Of a stretch of 64,000 nucleotides of DNA, positions 40,030 through 52,119 are shown in pieces; positions within the stretch are counted from its first letter, which is position 1, and every line of letters starts with the position of its first letter. The stretch lies in contig NC_057754.1 of assembly GCF_004010195.1 (NCBI RefSeq), forward strand, positions 9,237,215 to 9,301,214. The letters are read 5' to 3'. Below the pieces are notes generated by a model. The model was not told the origin of the DNA. It saw only the letters and a program-made list of their open reading frames with translations, and searched no databases. The position numbers were made by a program, and so were the translations under genes. The DNA comes from Chiloscyllium plagiosum (taxonomy: Eukaryota).

Positions 40030-40990
40030 TGACAGCATGGGGGATTTCAAAACTATGGGCATATGTTTAAGGGGAGAGGAGAAAGATTTAAAAAAAGACA
40101 CGACGGCCAACATTTTTACACACAGTGTTGTGTGTGGATTGAACTTCCAGAGGAAGTGGTGCTTGCGGGTACAGTTACAATTTTTAGAACTCATTCAGAT
40201 AAGTACAAGACTAAGAAATGTTTGGAGGGATCTGGACCAAATGCAGGCAGTTGGGACTAGTTTAGTTTAGGATTATAGCTGGCATGGATCGGTTGGAACA
40301 AAGGGTCTGTTTCCATGCAGTATGCATTTTGGAAAGGCAAGAAGTTTATTGCTGAACAAAGAGCTTCGAGTGCAGGTTCATAGTTCCTTGAAAGTAGTCA
40401 CAGATAGTGAAGATGGGCACTTGGTATGCTTGCCTTTATTTGTCAGAGCATTGGGTCTAGGGGTTGGGAAGACATGTTGCTGCTGTACAGGTCATTGGTG
40501 AGGCCACTTTTGGAATACTGTGTGCAATTCTGGTCTCCCTCCTATAGGAAAGGTTGTTGTGAAACTTGAAAGGGTTCAGAAAAGATTTACAAGGATATTG
40601 CCAGGGTTGGAGGGTTTGAGCTTTCGGGAAAGGCTGAATAGGCTAGGGCTGCTTGCCCTGCAGCGTTGGATGCTGATGGGTGACCTTACACAGGTCTATA
40701 AAATCATAAGGGCCACAGATAGGATAAATGGACAAGGTCTTTATCTGGGGTGGTGGAGTCCAGAACAAAAAGACATAGGTTTAGGATGAGATAACAAAAA
40801 GTTAAAAGGGACCCAAGGGGCTGGGACAATTACAACATTTAAAAGGCATGAGGTTGAGTTACAAATAGGAAGTGTTTAGAGGGATATGGGCCAAGTGCTG
40901 GCAAATGGTGCTAGTTTAATTTAGGATATCTGGCCGGCATGGATGAGTTGACTGAAGGGTCTGTTTCCGTGCTGTACATCTCTGGGACTT
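40030..40990 (+). mobile_element. CR1 LINE fragments
   Basis: 'VVKLERVQKRFTRILPGLEGLSFRERLNRLGL'. Confidence 0.88.
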
Positions 40991-42329
40991 CTGAGGGATT
41001 CTGTAATCGGCCATATAGGTGACATGATCTGCTTAAGTTAGATTTCCTGGAGAGTGGTTTTCATGCTGTTGAACCCAGCACAAGGGAAAACCTCACTGTG
41101 ATTTTTTTTTCTTCTGCCATCCCAATAGTCCTCAGCCAGCTTTTGAGGAAATATTCTCAAGCTTTGATGTGGTCCTTTAGCAGACCCAAGACTCTGCCCT
41201 CCCCACCCTGCTGTCTGGTGCAATGTCCTGATGGCATTTGGTTTTGGTCTTCAGCTTAATGTCATGAAGCATCCAGATACAAGCAGAAATAATATTGTTT
41301 GCATTCAGAGCTCAATTACACACAATTACATAATACAGGTAGCACAGAATTGGACATTTGGCCCAACCAATTTATCCTGTGTACGCATTCTACTTGATTC
41401 TCCATCTTTCCTTATCTAAAGATACCATTATACCTCCCTATGCTGTTTCCTCCTCTTGCGCTTGTCCAGCTTCTCCTTAAACACATCACACTATTCACTT
41501 CAACCACACTGTGGGAGCAAGCTTCACATTCTCCCCACTTGGAGAGAAAAACTACCTCTGAATTTTCTTCTGGGATTTCTTGACTGATTATCTTGTACTG
41601 ATGGCCTCTCGTTATTGCCTCCCTCACAAGGAGAAAGATTCTATTTTCTTTCTAACAAAATTGTTTATTATTTTAAAGACCTTTATTAGGTCACCACTTC
41701 AGTCTTGTTTTGTCAGGAGACTTAGGGTTAGCTCTTTAATTATTTTCTGATCTGTGAATGCACACGTCTGGCATCATCCTTATCAAACTTCTCTGCATTC
41801 CCTTGGGTGCCTCCATTAACATTTTCATTATATAACCTCCATAACTGTAAGTAGTGCTCTAAGTCTGGTCTAAACAAAGTTCGAAACAGGTTGGGGATAA
41901 TTTCACTACTCTGCAGTTTAACAACACTCAACATAGGATGCGAGCCTCATTAATGCATACCCACATTTCAGAACAGCAAGGTTCCATTCAGACAAAGTTC
42001 AAAATTGTCCATTACAAGCAACAGAGTAGATCAGGAACAAACTGGCTGCAGGTCTCCGTTCAGTACACTGACTGGATGTACATTGAAACCAGGTTTGCAG
42101 GTGTGGTGTTCTAGTCACACATTCAAGGTGCAGAGATACTGTGAGGCACACATGACGTCCAGTAGATGATATGAGGTATAGGCTGGGGGTGATCCATGGA
42201 AGGATTTACATTATATTCTCTGGATACTAATGTTACAAGAGACACCCTAAGAAGTGTCAGGAGCTAGAACCTGTTGGTGAGAATAACTAAAGGGACAAGA
42301 TCTAAAATAATCTAGATTCAAAAGGAAAA

Positions 42330-42672
42330 AATCTTCAGTCATGGGATATGGGCATCACCAGCCAGCATTTATTACCATAACTAAATGTCCAGAGGGCAGT
42401 TAAGAGTCAGCCATTTGCTGTGGGTCGGCAGTCATATGTAGGCCAGACCAGGTAAGGATGTTAGTTTCCTTCCTTAAAGGATCATTAGTGAACCAGTTGG
42501 GTTTTTCGACAATTGGCAATGGTTTTGTCGTCATCATTAGACTCCTCATTCCTGATTTTTGTTGAGTTCAAACTCCACCATCTGCCATGGCAGGATTCGA
42601 ACTTGGCTCCCCAGAGCACTACTGGCTTCTGGATTAAAAGTCGAGCAATAATACCACTCAGCTAACACCTCC
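42330..42672 (-). mobile_element. tRNA-derived Deu/SacSINE-like SINE overlapping the ZNF-B stop codon
   Basis: Minus strand 'ggaggtgttagctgagtggtatt...gttcgaatcctgccatggcagatggtgg' has A- and B-boxes; homologous head at 50058-50150. Confidence 0.7.
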
Positions 42673-44484
42673 CTTGATCTGTCTCACAGCAGCAAGAACA
42701 GAATCTAGCTCTGCCTCAAACACGTGAATTTGCTGGTGTTTCAGGAGGCTGGATGGCCGGCTAAATCTCTGTTTGCACAAAGAGCAGGTGAGCTGCCTCT
42801 CCCTGGCATGAACTCTGTAGTGTCTCTGCAGGTGGGATGGATCAGTGAATCCCTTCCCACACACAGAGCATTTAAACGGCCTCTCCCCAGTGTGACTACG
42901 TTGGTGTCTCACAAGGTGGGACGAATAAACAAACCCCTGACCACACACGGGACAGATGTACGGCCTCTCCCCAGTGTGAATTCGCTCATGTATCCTAAGG
43001 TAGGGCAAACGAGGGAAACGCTTCCCACATACGGCACAGAGAAATGGCTTCTCCCCAGTGTGAACTCGCTGGTGTGCTTCGAGCTTAGACGACTGAGTGA
43101 AACTCTTCCCACACACAGGGCAGATGAGCGTCTTGTGAACCTGTTGGTGTCTCGCCAGATTGTGTGACTGAGCAAATTTCTTTCCACACTCGGGGCAGGT
43201 GAACGGCCTCTCCACAACGTGAATACGTTGGTGTCTCTGCAATCTGGACAACAAAGTGAATCCCTTCCCACACGTGGTGCAGGTGAACACCATCTCCCTG
43301 GTGTGAATAAGACGGTGTTTCTGCAGGTGGTGGAAACGAGCAAAACCCTTACCGCACACACCACAAATGTAAGGTTTCTCCCCAGTGTGAACACGTTTGT
43401 GAACCAAAAGGTGACACATCCGAGGGAAACTCTTCCCACACACAGAGCAGATGAACGGCCTTTCTCCAGTGTGAACCCGCTGGTGTGTCAGCAGGATAGA
43501 CGACTGACTGAATCTTTTCCCACACACGGAGCAAGAAAACGGTCTCTCTCCTGTATGAATACGTTTGTGCATCAGAAGGTAGGTTGAACGAGTGAATCTC
43601 TTCCCACACACACAGCATGCAAATGGTTTCTCCCCAGTGTGAACACGCTTGTGTGTTGAAAGGTCAGATGCCCGATTGAATCTCTTCCCACATGCAGAGC
43701 AACTGAATGGCCGCTCCCCAGTGTGAATCCTTTTGTGTGTCAGGAGGTGGAATGGATGAGCGAATCTCTTGTCACACACAGAGCAGAAAAACAATCTTTC
43801 CTTGACGTGCGTGGTCTGATGGTTCAAGAGATGAATCTTTCTTTTAAATGTCTTCTGACATTTAGAACATTTAAAAGGTCTCTTAGCAGAATGAACCAGT
43901 TGGTGATTAATGCAATGGGAGGCCTGAGTGAATCTCTTCCCACAGTGGAAGCAGCTGAATGGCCTGTCCTTGGTGTGAACTTGCTGATGCTCAGCGAGAT
44001 CCTCTGGCCCAGTGAAAACCTCCCGACAATGAGAGCAGCTGAACGGTCTCTCGTGAATGTGAAGGAGCTGGTGCTCCCCGAGGCAGGACAACAGACTAAA
44101 CCTCTTTCCACAGTGGGAGCAACTGTACGGCCTCTCATCAATGTGATTTTTGACTATTTCCTTAGAAGATTCAAAGATGTCCCCAGGCTCAGAGCGTTGA
44201 AGATGCCTCTCAATGTGATCAAGTTGGTGTGCCCGTAGGTTGGATGAACAACTAAAGCTCTTCCCACACACAGAGCAGGTGAACAGTCTCTCGCTTTTGC
44301 GAGCTCGCTGACGTGTCAGCATGTTTCCCTGCTGGGTCAATCCCTTCCAACAGCGGCCTTTCACCAGTTTCCAGCTGAGCCTGTTATTATCTCCCTTCAA
44401 TCTGCAAATCTTGAGATTCAAGAGACCGTCTTGACATGAGGCTTGGGTTGACTTTCCTAAGTGCAAACGTTCTCTTCCAATATC
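42658..44484 (-). CDS. C2H2 zinc-finger protein (ZNF-B), main coding exon, 18 intact plus 2 degenerate fingers
   Basis: Long open frame with TGE[KR]P linkers. Acceptor 'gcaaactcctttcacag|gatattgg' at 44484 (phase 0), homologous to the ZNF-C acceptor. First in-exon ATG is at 44322 (554 aa). The ORF-track N-terminus upstream of 44484 is intron/CR1 read-through. Confidence 0.92.
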   Translation of the reverse strand, partial: DIGRERLHLGKSTQASCQDGLLNLKICRLKGDNNRLSWKLVKGRCWKGLTQQGNMLTRQRARKSERLFTCSVCGKSFSCSSNLRAHQLDHIERHLQRSEPGDIFESSKEIVKNHIDERPYSCSHCGKRFSLLSCLGEHQLLHIHERPFSCSHCREVFTGPEDLAEHQQVHTKDRPFSCFHCGKRFTQASHCINHQLVHSAKRPFKCSKCQKTFKRKIHLLNHQTTHVKERLFFCSVCDKRFAHPFHLLTHKRIHTGERPFSCSACGKRFNRASDLSTHKRVHTGEKPFACCVCGKRFTRSTYLLMHKRIHTGERPFSCSVCGKRFSQSSILLTHQRVHTGERPFICSVCGKSFPRMCHLLVHKRVHTGEKPYICGVCGKGFARFHHLQKHRLIHTREMVFTCTTCGKGFTLLSRLQRHQRIHVVERPFTCPECGKKFAQSHNLARHQQVHKTLICPVCGKSFTQSSKLEAHQRVHTGEKPFLCAVCGKRFPRLPYLRIHERIHTGERPYICPVCGQGFVYSSHLVRHQRSHTGERPFKCSVCGKGFTDPSHLQRHYRVHARERQLTCSLCKQRFSRPSSLLKHQQIHVFEAELDSVLAAVRQIKGGVS

Positions 44485-44584
44485 CTGTGAAAGGAGTTTG
44501 CAAGGAATTACACAGAACATCCAATATACAATCAGGCTTTTACTTAGAAACACAGAATTATAGAATATTACAGTATAGAAGAAT

Positions 44585-45040
44585 ATAGAAACTAAGAGCA
44601 AGAGTAGACCATTCGACCCCCTGACCAAGCTTGGCCCTTCATCATCGAGCAATACACCCTTATACTGCCCTGCCACCCCCTTCCCCCTCCACTCTGATAC
44701 TTTTATCCTTTGAGCCACAGAGCGATATTGAAAACACAATATTTTGGCCTCAGCCAGTAGTGAATTCCACTGGCTGACCACTCTCTGGATAAAGAAATTG
44801 CTCATCTCAGTCGTAAAACGTTTGCCCATTACCCTTAATTATGACCCATGGTTAGAGTCTCCCTCACCATCAGGAACATTCTTCCTGCACCTAACCTGTC
44901 TCACCCTGTTAGAGTACTATAGATTTCTGAAATCTTCTCTCATTCTTCTTAGCTCCAGTGAATACAATTCTGACCGACTCAATCACTCCTCATATGTCAG
45001 TCTTGCCACCCCAGGCATCAGTGTGGTAAACCTTTTCATT
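44585..45040 (-). mobile_element. CR1 LINE 3' fragment in the ZNF-B intron
   Basis: 'NFFIQRVVSQWNSL' and the CR1 3'UTR. Confidence 0.8.
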
Positions 45041-45212
45041 CCAAAAAGTTTCAGTCTCTCTCATCTGTGTCAGAATTTCCATTCCACCTGAACCTACTGA
45101 CATCATCTCAGACTTTCAGTTAATCGCAATGGTTTCCTGCAATAGTGAGTTCCACATTTCAATAACTAAGGAAAGAAAGAAATTCTATTGATGCATCGGT
45201 CTCTCTCGTGCA

Positions 45213-45515
45213 TTAGATTAGATTAGATTACATTACATTGTGGAAACAGGCCCTTCGGCCCAACATGTCCACACTGACCCGCCGAAGCGCAACCCACCCA
45301 TACCCCTAACCTAACACTACTGGCAATTTAGCATGGCCAATTCACCTGACCTGCACATCTTTGGACTGTGGGAGGAACCGGAGCACCCGGAGGAAACCCA
45401 CACAGACACGGGGAGAATGTGCGAACTCCACACAGACAGTCGCCTGAGGCGGGAATTGAACCCGGGTCTCAGGCGCTGTGAGGCAGCAGTGCTAACCACT
45501 GTGCCACCGTGCCGC
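45213..45515 (-). mobile_element. HE1-like V-SINE, young full-length copy
   Basis: Near identity to 54154-54481, with CpGs retained. Confidence 0.92.
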
Positions 45516-45892
45516 TCACATTCATGGCTCCCTATTGGATTCTCCAAGATGTGGAAGCATTTCAGCTATATGGACCAGTCCAAACTATTCAGAATTTTCA
45601 AAATGTACATAAAAGACAAATATTTGTTTTTAACTTTACTGTGTCTAAATACTCTCCTCCTCAACTGCTATAAAATGACTCTGTTAACTCACTTTTAGGC
45701 AAAACTGAGGACTGCAGATGCTGGAAAGCAGAGTTTGGATCAGAGAGGTGCAGGAAAAGCACAGATCAGGCAGCATCCGAGGAGCAGGAAAATCGATGTT
45801 TCAGGCAAAAGCTCTTCATCAGGAATAACTCACTTTTTAGATTAGAATCAGTCTAAATATTATGGCACAAACAGAGAAGACAGGGGGCTAAT

Positions 45893-46450
45893 AGAGTCAT
45901 AAGATGTACAGCATGGAAACAGACCCTTCGGTCCAACCCATCCATGCCGACCAGATATCCCAACCCAATCTAGTCCCACCTGCCAGCACCCGGCCCATAT
46001 CCCTCCAAACCCTTCCTATTCATATACCCATCTAAATGCCTTTTAAATGTTGCAATTGTACCAGGTTCCACCACTTCCTCTGGCAGCTCATTCCATACAC
46101 GTACCACCGTGTGTGTGAAAAAGTTGCCCCTTAGGTCTCTTTTATATCTTTCCCCTCTCACCATAAACCTATTCCCTCTAGTTCTGGATTCTGTGACCCC
46201 AGGGAAAAGATTCTATTTATCCTATCCATGCCCCTCATAATTTTGTAAACCTCTATAAGGTCACCCCTCAGCCTCCGACGCTCCAGGGAAAACAGTCTCT
46301 CCTTTTAGCTCAAATCCTCCAAACGTGGCAGCATCCTTGTAAATCTTTTCTGAACCCTTTCAAGTTTCACAACATCCTTCTGATAGGAAGGAGACCAGAA
46401 TTGCACGCAATATTCCAACAGTGGCCTAACCAATGACCTGTACAGCTGCA
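45893..46450 (-). mobile_element. CR1 LINE 3' fragment
   Basis: ORF 45970-46164 '[43 protein letters not shown]'. Confidence 0.9.
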
Positions 46451-46477
46451 TTAATACCTTCAACATATTATCTGGCT

Positions 46478-46955
46478 AACAAAATCACACAGCACCAGAT
46501 TATAGTCCAACAGGTTTAATTGGAAGCATACTAGCTTTTGGAGCGACGCTCCTTCATCAGGTGATGAAAGCTAGTGTGCTTCCAATTAAATCTGTTGGAC
46601 TGTAACCTGGCGCTGTGATTTTTAACTTTGTATACCCCTGTCCAATACCGGCACCTCCAAATCATGACCAATTTACAGTTAACCTGAGAATGTAACTTTA
46701 AAGAAAAGTTGTGATTTACATATGAAAGAAGTGAAACTATCATAGTATTCGAACAGATGAAAGACTCAACAAACAATCAAGGTATTTTTCAATGTATAAC
46801 TTCAGTTTCATAACACTGTAAACTTTTGCTATAAATTCTGTGTCTTACAATTGTGTCCTCCACAATCACCTGAAGGAGCGTCGCTCAGAAAGCTAGTGCT
46901 TCCAATTAAACCTGTTGGACTATAACCTGGTGTTGTGTGATTTTTAACTTTGTAA
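46478..46955. mobile_element. Penelope-type pLTR pieces, including a fold-back (46480-46625)
   Basis: Inverted arms 'tatagtccaacaggtttaattggaagc' and 'gcttccaattaaatctgttggactgta'; homologous to 48850-49140. Confidence 0.75.
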
Positions 46956-46972
46956 ATCCCTATAAAACGCAC

Positions 46973-47660
46973 TTGTCCCATTCCAGGGGAAAGTATTCTG
47001 AACGTTCTCTGACCCAGCGCATGCGCCCTGCAGCGCGCCGCCTCTACAAAATGACAGCCACGCATGTGCCACACCACATTAAGATGGCGGCTGCGCTTGC
47101 GTCCTCCTCCCGCAGAGCCCCGGTGGAGGCGGCAGTCAGCGCGGGGGCCTGTCAGTGAAGAGGCCGCGAACACGTCGCAGGTTGGTGAAAACAAGCGACC
47201 TGCTACCTTGACTGGGGTTCGAAGCGTACGTTGGGTGTTTGTTACGGATTTTCAGCCCACTCGCTCCGGGCACAGACTCCGCCGAGGCCTTTCTCCGAGA
47301 GACCTGAAGGGCGAACCTCTTCCCGAAAGCGACACGCGCACTGCAGCGGCGCGTGGTGCACATGTGACCAACGGCGGCTCCGGGCCAATAGGGCGAGGAG
47401 GCGTGCCGGGAGGACCGAGCTGGGGAGACTGGTCCTCCAACGAAATTGATTGAGTGAGGGGGGGGAGGAGGCGTGGCTGGAGGACCGAGATGGGTGATTG
47501 GTCCTCCAACGAATCAGATTTGAACGAAGTGGGGGGCGGGGGCAGAGCCCGCCGCGCTCTCATTGGCCGAGACTTTCCTTTACTTGGTTCAGATGCCAGG
47601 ATGAAAGTGGGTCTTCCTGGTTGTGGCTTTAAAGGCTGGAGCACGCGTTTCAAAACTTGG
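46973..47660 (-). promoter_or_regulatory. CpG-island promoter and first exon of ZNF-B
   Basis: CpG-dense; NRF1 GCGCATGCGC at 47017; YY1 AAGATGGCGG at 47081; CCAAT at 47385; GC box at about 47533. Candidate exon end 'ggaATGggacaa|gtgcgt' (46981-46973) is in phase with the 44484 acceptor. Confidence 0.75.
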
Positions 47661-47974
47661 GATTAAAAAAAAAGGGGAATATGATGAGACAAACGCACAA
47701 ATATTTCAAAGGCCGATTTAAGCGAATATTGGTTAGACAAAGCGACTAAATAAAAACCAAAAGAACTGCAGATGTAATTGGCCATGCTAAATTGCCTGTA
47801 GTGTTCAGATGTGTAGGTTAGGTGCATTAGTTCGGGGTAAGAGGGTAGGGGAATGCATCTGGAAGGGTTAGTCTTCAGTATGGCCTTGTTGGGCCAAATG
47901 GCCTGTTTCCACACTGTAGAGATTCTGTTATTCTGTGAAATCAGAAACAAAAACGAAGTTGCTGGAGAACACTT

Positions 47975-49140
47975 GCTGCAACCGACAGGGTACCCTTCTG
48001 TTGTTCAGTATTTCCCAGGGGCTGCAAACTTACGCCATGACCTGCAACACATTATCAATGAGGATGAGCACCTCACCAAGACCTTCCCCACACCTCCACT
48101 ACTTGCCTTTAAACAACCGCCAAACCTCAAACAGATCGTTGCTCGTAGCAAGCTGCCCGGCTCTCAGGACAACTCCATACAACCCTGTCACGGTAGGCGC
48201 TGTAAGATGTGTCAGAGTGTGGACATAGATACCACCATTACGCGTGGGGACACCTCCCACCNNNNNNNNNNNNNNNNNNNNNNNNNNNNNNNNNNNNNNN
48301 NNNNNNNNNNNNNNNNNNNNNNNNNNNNNNNNNNNNNNNNNNNNNNNNNNNNNNNNNNNNNNNNNNNNNNNNNNNNNNNNNNNNNNNNNNNNNNNNNNNN
48401 NNNNNNNNNNNNNNNNNNNNNNNNNNNNNNNNNNNNNNNNNNNNNNNNNNNNNNNNNNNNNNNNNNNNNNNNNNNNNNNNNNNNNNNNNNNNNNNNNNNN
48501 NNNNNNNNNNNNNNNNNNNNNNNNNNNNNNNNNNNNNNNNNNNNNNNNNNNNNNNNNNNNNNNNNNNNNNNNNNNNNNNNNNNNNNNNNNNNNNNNNNNN
48601 NNNCTCTGCATTCACTACACACACACATACACTTTCTCACACTCACAACCCCCAACCCAGACAGACCAAGACCCACATGCACACATATATTTTGTGGGGT
48701 GAATTTGTACTTGCAGGGTAACATTGTACTTTGCTCAAAAACTGCATGAATTCATGTAAAACTCCGTTATCTCACTTTTTAGATTAGAATCAATCTAAAC
48801 ATCATGGCATAGACAGAGAACACAGGGGGCCAACACCTTCACCATTGTTAACGGCTAACCCGAGAATGCAACTTTTTACAAAAGGATTTTGTGATTTACA
48901 CATGAAAGAAATGAAACTATCACTGTATTCCAACAGATGAAAGACTTAACAGACAATCAATTTTTCAATGTAAATTTTTGCTATAAATTCTGTGTGTTAG
49001 GATTGAGCCCTCCACTACCACCTGATGAAGGAGCGTCGCTCCGAAAGCTAGTGTGCTTCCAATTAAACCTGTTGGACTATAACCTGGTGTTGTGTGATTT
49101 TTAACTTTGTACACCCCAGTCCAACACCGGCATCTCCAAA
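47975..49140 (+). mobile_element. Penelope-like element (RT thumb to pLTR, with gap)
   Basis: 'PSVVQYFPGAANLRHDLQHIINEDEHLTKTFPTPPLLAFKQPPNLKQIVARSKL...PCHGRRCKMC' is a typical Penelope linker; pLTR with hammerhead at 49019-49053. Confidence 0.85.
49019..49053 (+). ncRNA. Minimal type I hammerhead ribozyme motif in a Penelope pLTR
   Basis: cac-CTGATGA-a-GGAGC gtc GCTCC-GAAA-gcta-gtg: intact core, 5-bp stem II, 3-bp stem I. Confidence 0.7.
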
Positions 49141-49294
49141 TCGCAGCTTCCTCTGAGGAAGGGTAACTGGACCCGAAGCGTTAATTCTGATTTCTGTCTA
49201 CAGATGCTGCCAGACAGCTGAGCTTCTCCAGCAATTTCCATTTTTGTTTGTAGACAAACAACAAATGAACTGGCAGGAAAGTGAGGGCAGTTTG

Positions 49295-49595
49295 ATTTGA
49301 TTCCCTACAGTGTGGAAACAGGACCTTTGGCCCAACAAGTCCACACCGACCCTCCGAAGAGTAATCCACCCAGACCTCTTTTCCCTTTAACTAGTGCACC
49401 CAACACTATGGGCAGTTTAGCACCTAACCTGCACATCTTTGGATTGTGGGAGGAAACCAGAGCACTCGGAGGAAACCCACGCAGACACGGGGAGAATTGC
49501 AAACTCAACACAGACAGTCGCTTGAGGTTGGAATCGAACCTGGGACCCTGGTGCTGTGAGGCAGCAGTGCTAACCACTGAGCCACCCGTGCCACC
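49295..49595 (-). mobile_element. HE1-like V-SINE
   Basis: V-domain, head and tail in reverse. Confidence 0.88.
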
Positions 49596-50607
49596 TGGGA
49601 GAAGAGTAATTCTGTCCTCATTCTGGACATGAGGAAAAAAGGAATGCCTCAATATGTGTTAATATCGTCCTGTGAGTAGAAATGTTTTTGGTTTTTGGAA
49701 TGGAATGTCAAATTCCATTCAGTTAATTGTATTTTTTTTTTATTCATCCATTTATGAAATGTGGGCACCACTGGCTGGACCAGCATTTACTAACTATTCT
49801 AATTGTCTAAGGGCAGTTAAGACAACCACTTTGCTGTGGGTCTGGGGTCCGTAAGCAGCAGGTGATTGACAAGATTAATTCCACACCCAATAGATCAGAT
49901 CTGGAATCTACAGTCCTGCTATACCCAATTATGATAGGTGATGGACAACTAAACAACTGATTAAGGCTCCATAAATACCCCCATCCTCAATGAAGGGGCA
50001 GCTCCGCACATCAGAGCAAAAGACAATATTTACATCCCTCTTCAGCCATTCATAATGGGGAGATGATGGCCTAGTGGTATAATTACTAGTCTATTAATGC
50101 AGAGACGCAGGTAATGTGGGGACCTGGATTCAAACCTTGCCATGGTGGCATGTTAATTCAGTAACAAATGTGGAAAGAAAGTAAGATTCCAACGATAGCC
50201 ATGGGGTGCTATGGTGGCTCAGTGATTAGCACTGTTGCCTCACAGCACCAGGTTTAATTCCAGCCTTGAGTTTGTACATTCTCCCCACGTCTGCATGTGT
50301 TTCCACCAGGTGGTCCAGTTTTGTCCCACAGTCCAAACATGTGCAGGTTAGGTGGATTGGCATGGTAAATATGGGTTTATAGGGATGGGGGGCGGGGGCT
50401 GGATTTGACTGAGATAGTGCAGACTTCATGGGCCGCATGGTGTCTTTCTGTACTATAGGGATTCTATGAAACCATTCCTGCGAAACTGTTGCTAATTGTT
50501 AGAAAATGGGTTCACTAATGTCCTTATGCTGTTCTTGCTTGATCTGGCCTACATTTCGACTCCAGATCCTCAGCAATGTGCTTCATCTCTTATGTCCCTT
50601 GCATTAG

Positions 50608-50912
50608 GGCGACAAAGTGGTTAGCACTGCTGCCTCACAGCACCAGGGACCTGGGTTCAATTCCAGCCTCAGGCGACTGTCTGTGTGGAGTTTGCACATT
50701 CTCTCTGTGTCTGCGTGGGTTTCCTCCGGGTGCTCCGGTTTCCTCCCACAATCCACAGATGTGCAGGTCAGGTGAATTGGCAAGGCTAAATTGCCCGTAG
50801 TGTTAGGTGCATTAGTTAGGGGAATGGGTCTGGGTGGATTACTTTTCAGAGAGTCGGTGTGGACTTGTTGGGCCGGAGAGCCTGTTTCCACACTGTAGGG
50901 AATCTAATCTAA
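50608..50912 (+). mobile_element. HE1-like V-SINE (another diverged copy at about 50205-50465)
   Basis: Head 'gtggttagcactgctgcctcacag', V-domain and (AATCT)n tail. Confidence 0.9.
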
Positions 50913-51510
50913 TCATTCACCCAAGGGTGGAGAAAGGCTCTCTCAGCGATATCAGGAGTTTGATGCACATGAAATAAGCTAGATTAAGAAAGACGAAAAT
51001 ATCCAAAATAATGCAACAGTCAGTAACAGGATGTCAATTAGTCTCTGCTTACCCTGCAGAAATCAAGGACTTGACAGACTGTGTATGTGAAACCAAGCTG
51101 ATTTATTTCACAGACATCAAGATATTAAGCTCCAGCTTGGTTATAGAAATCATTAGAATAAGTACAAATAAACTCTAACAGTCAGAATGAAAATGGGTCA
51201 GTCTGGGGGCAATTAATGGTTGGATTAACAGCAGAAACAAACACATTGAGGGGAACAGAAGGTAAATATCAGTTATTTTCACTGAACTGGGAATCTAGGA
51301 ATAAGACTAGATGGAGTTAGATCAAGGTATGTTTTTGGACATAGTTACAGGCCACTCGACACAACCAGTCTTACCAGTGTAGATTCTACAGATGAGCTGG
51401 CACTCATCTTTCCTGATGTAAATCTATCATCATATTCCTCTGGTCCATTTTCTCTCATGCTTGTCTAGCTTTCCTTTCAATACATTGATACTGTTCACTT
51501 TAACCATGCT

Positions 51511-51796
51511 AAGAGAAAGTGAGGACTGCAGATGCTGGAGACCAGAGTTGAAAAATGTGGTGCTGGAAAAGCGCAGCAGGCCAGGCAGCATCCGAGGAGC
51601 AGGAGAATCGACGTTTCGGGCATAAGCCCTTCATCTTCCGCCTAGGAACCCTCCAACCACATGGGATGAATGTAGATTTCTCCAGTTTCCTCATTTCCCC
51701 TCCCCCCCACCTTATCTCAATCCCAACCCCCGGATTCAGCACCGCCCTCTTGGATGCTGCCTGGCCTGCTGCGCTTTTCCAGTACCACACTTTTCA
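51511..51796. mobile_element. Fold-back Penelope mini element with 14-bp TSD
   Basis: TSD ACTTTAACCATGCT at 51497 and 51797. Inverted pLTR arms enclose the Penelope ORF end 'FIFRLGTLQPHGMNVDFSSF'. Confidence 0.85.
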
Positions 51797-52119
51797 ACTT
51801 TAACCATGCTGTTTGGTAGTGAGCTCCACAACCTCAGCACTCTTTAGATGAAGAAGTTTCTTCTGAATTCTCTAGTTAATTTCTTGGGGAATATCATATT
51901 GATGATCTCTAATTGCACCTTTCCCCACAATCTCTGTATGCTCTTTGTCAAAATTTTAAAAACATTTTAAAGATTTGGTCACCCCTTCAGTCTTCTTCTC
52001 TCAAAAGAGAGGAGACCCAGACTTTATAATTTTTTTCCTGAAATCTAAACCGACATGTTTCTGGCATCATTCTTGTTACTCTTCTCTGTGCCCTCTCCAG
52101 TGCCTCCGATATCTTTCTG

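Noticed and set aside
44485-44829. N-terminal 115 aa of the 723-aa ORF
   Set aside because: It is CR1 3'-end and intron sequence upstream of a clear splice acceptor; chance read-through.
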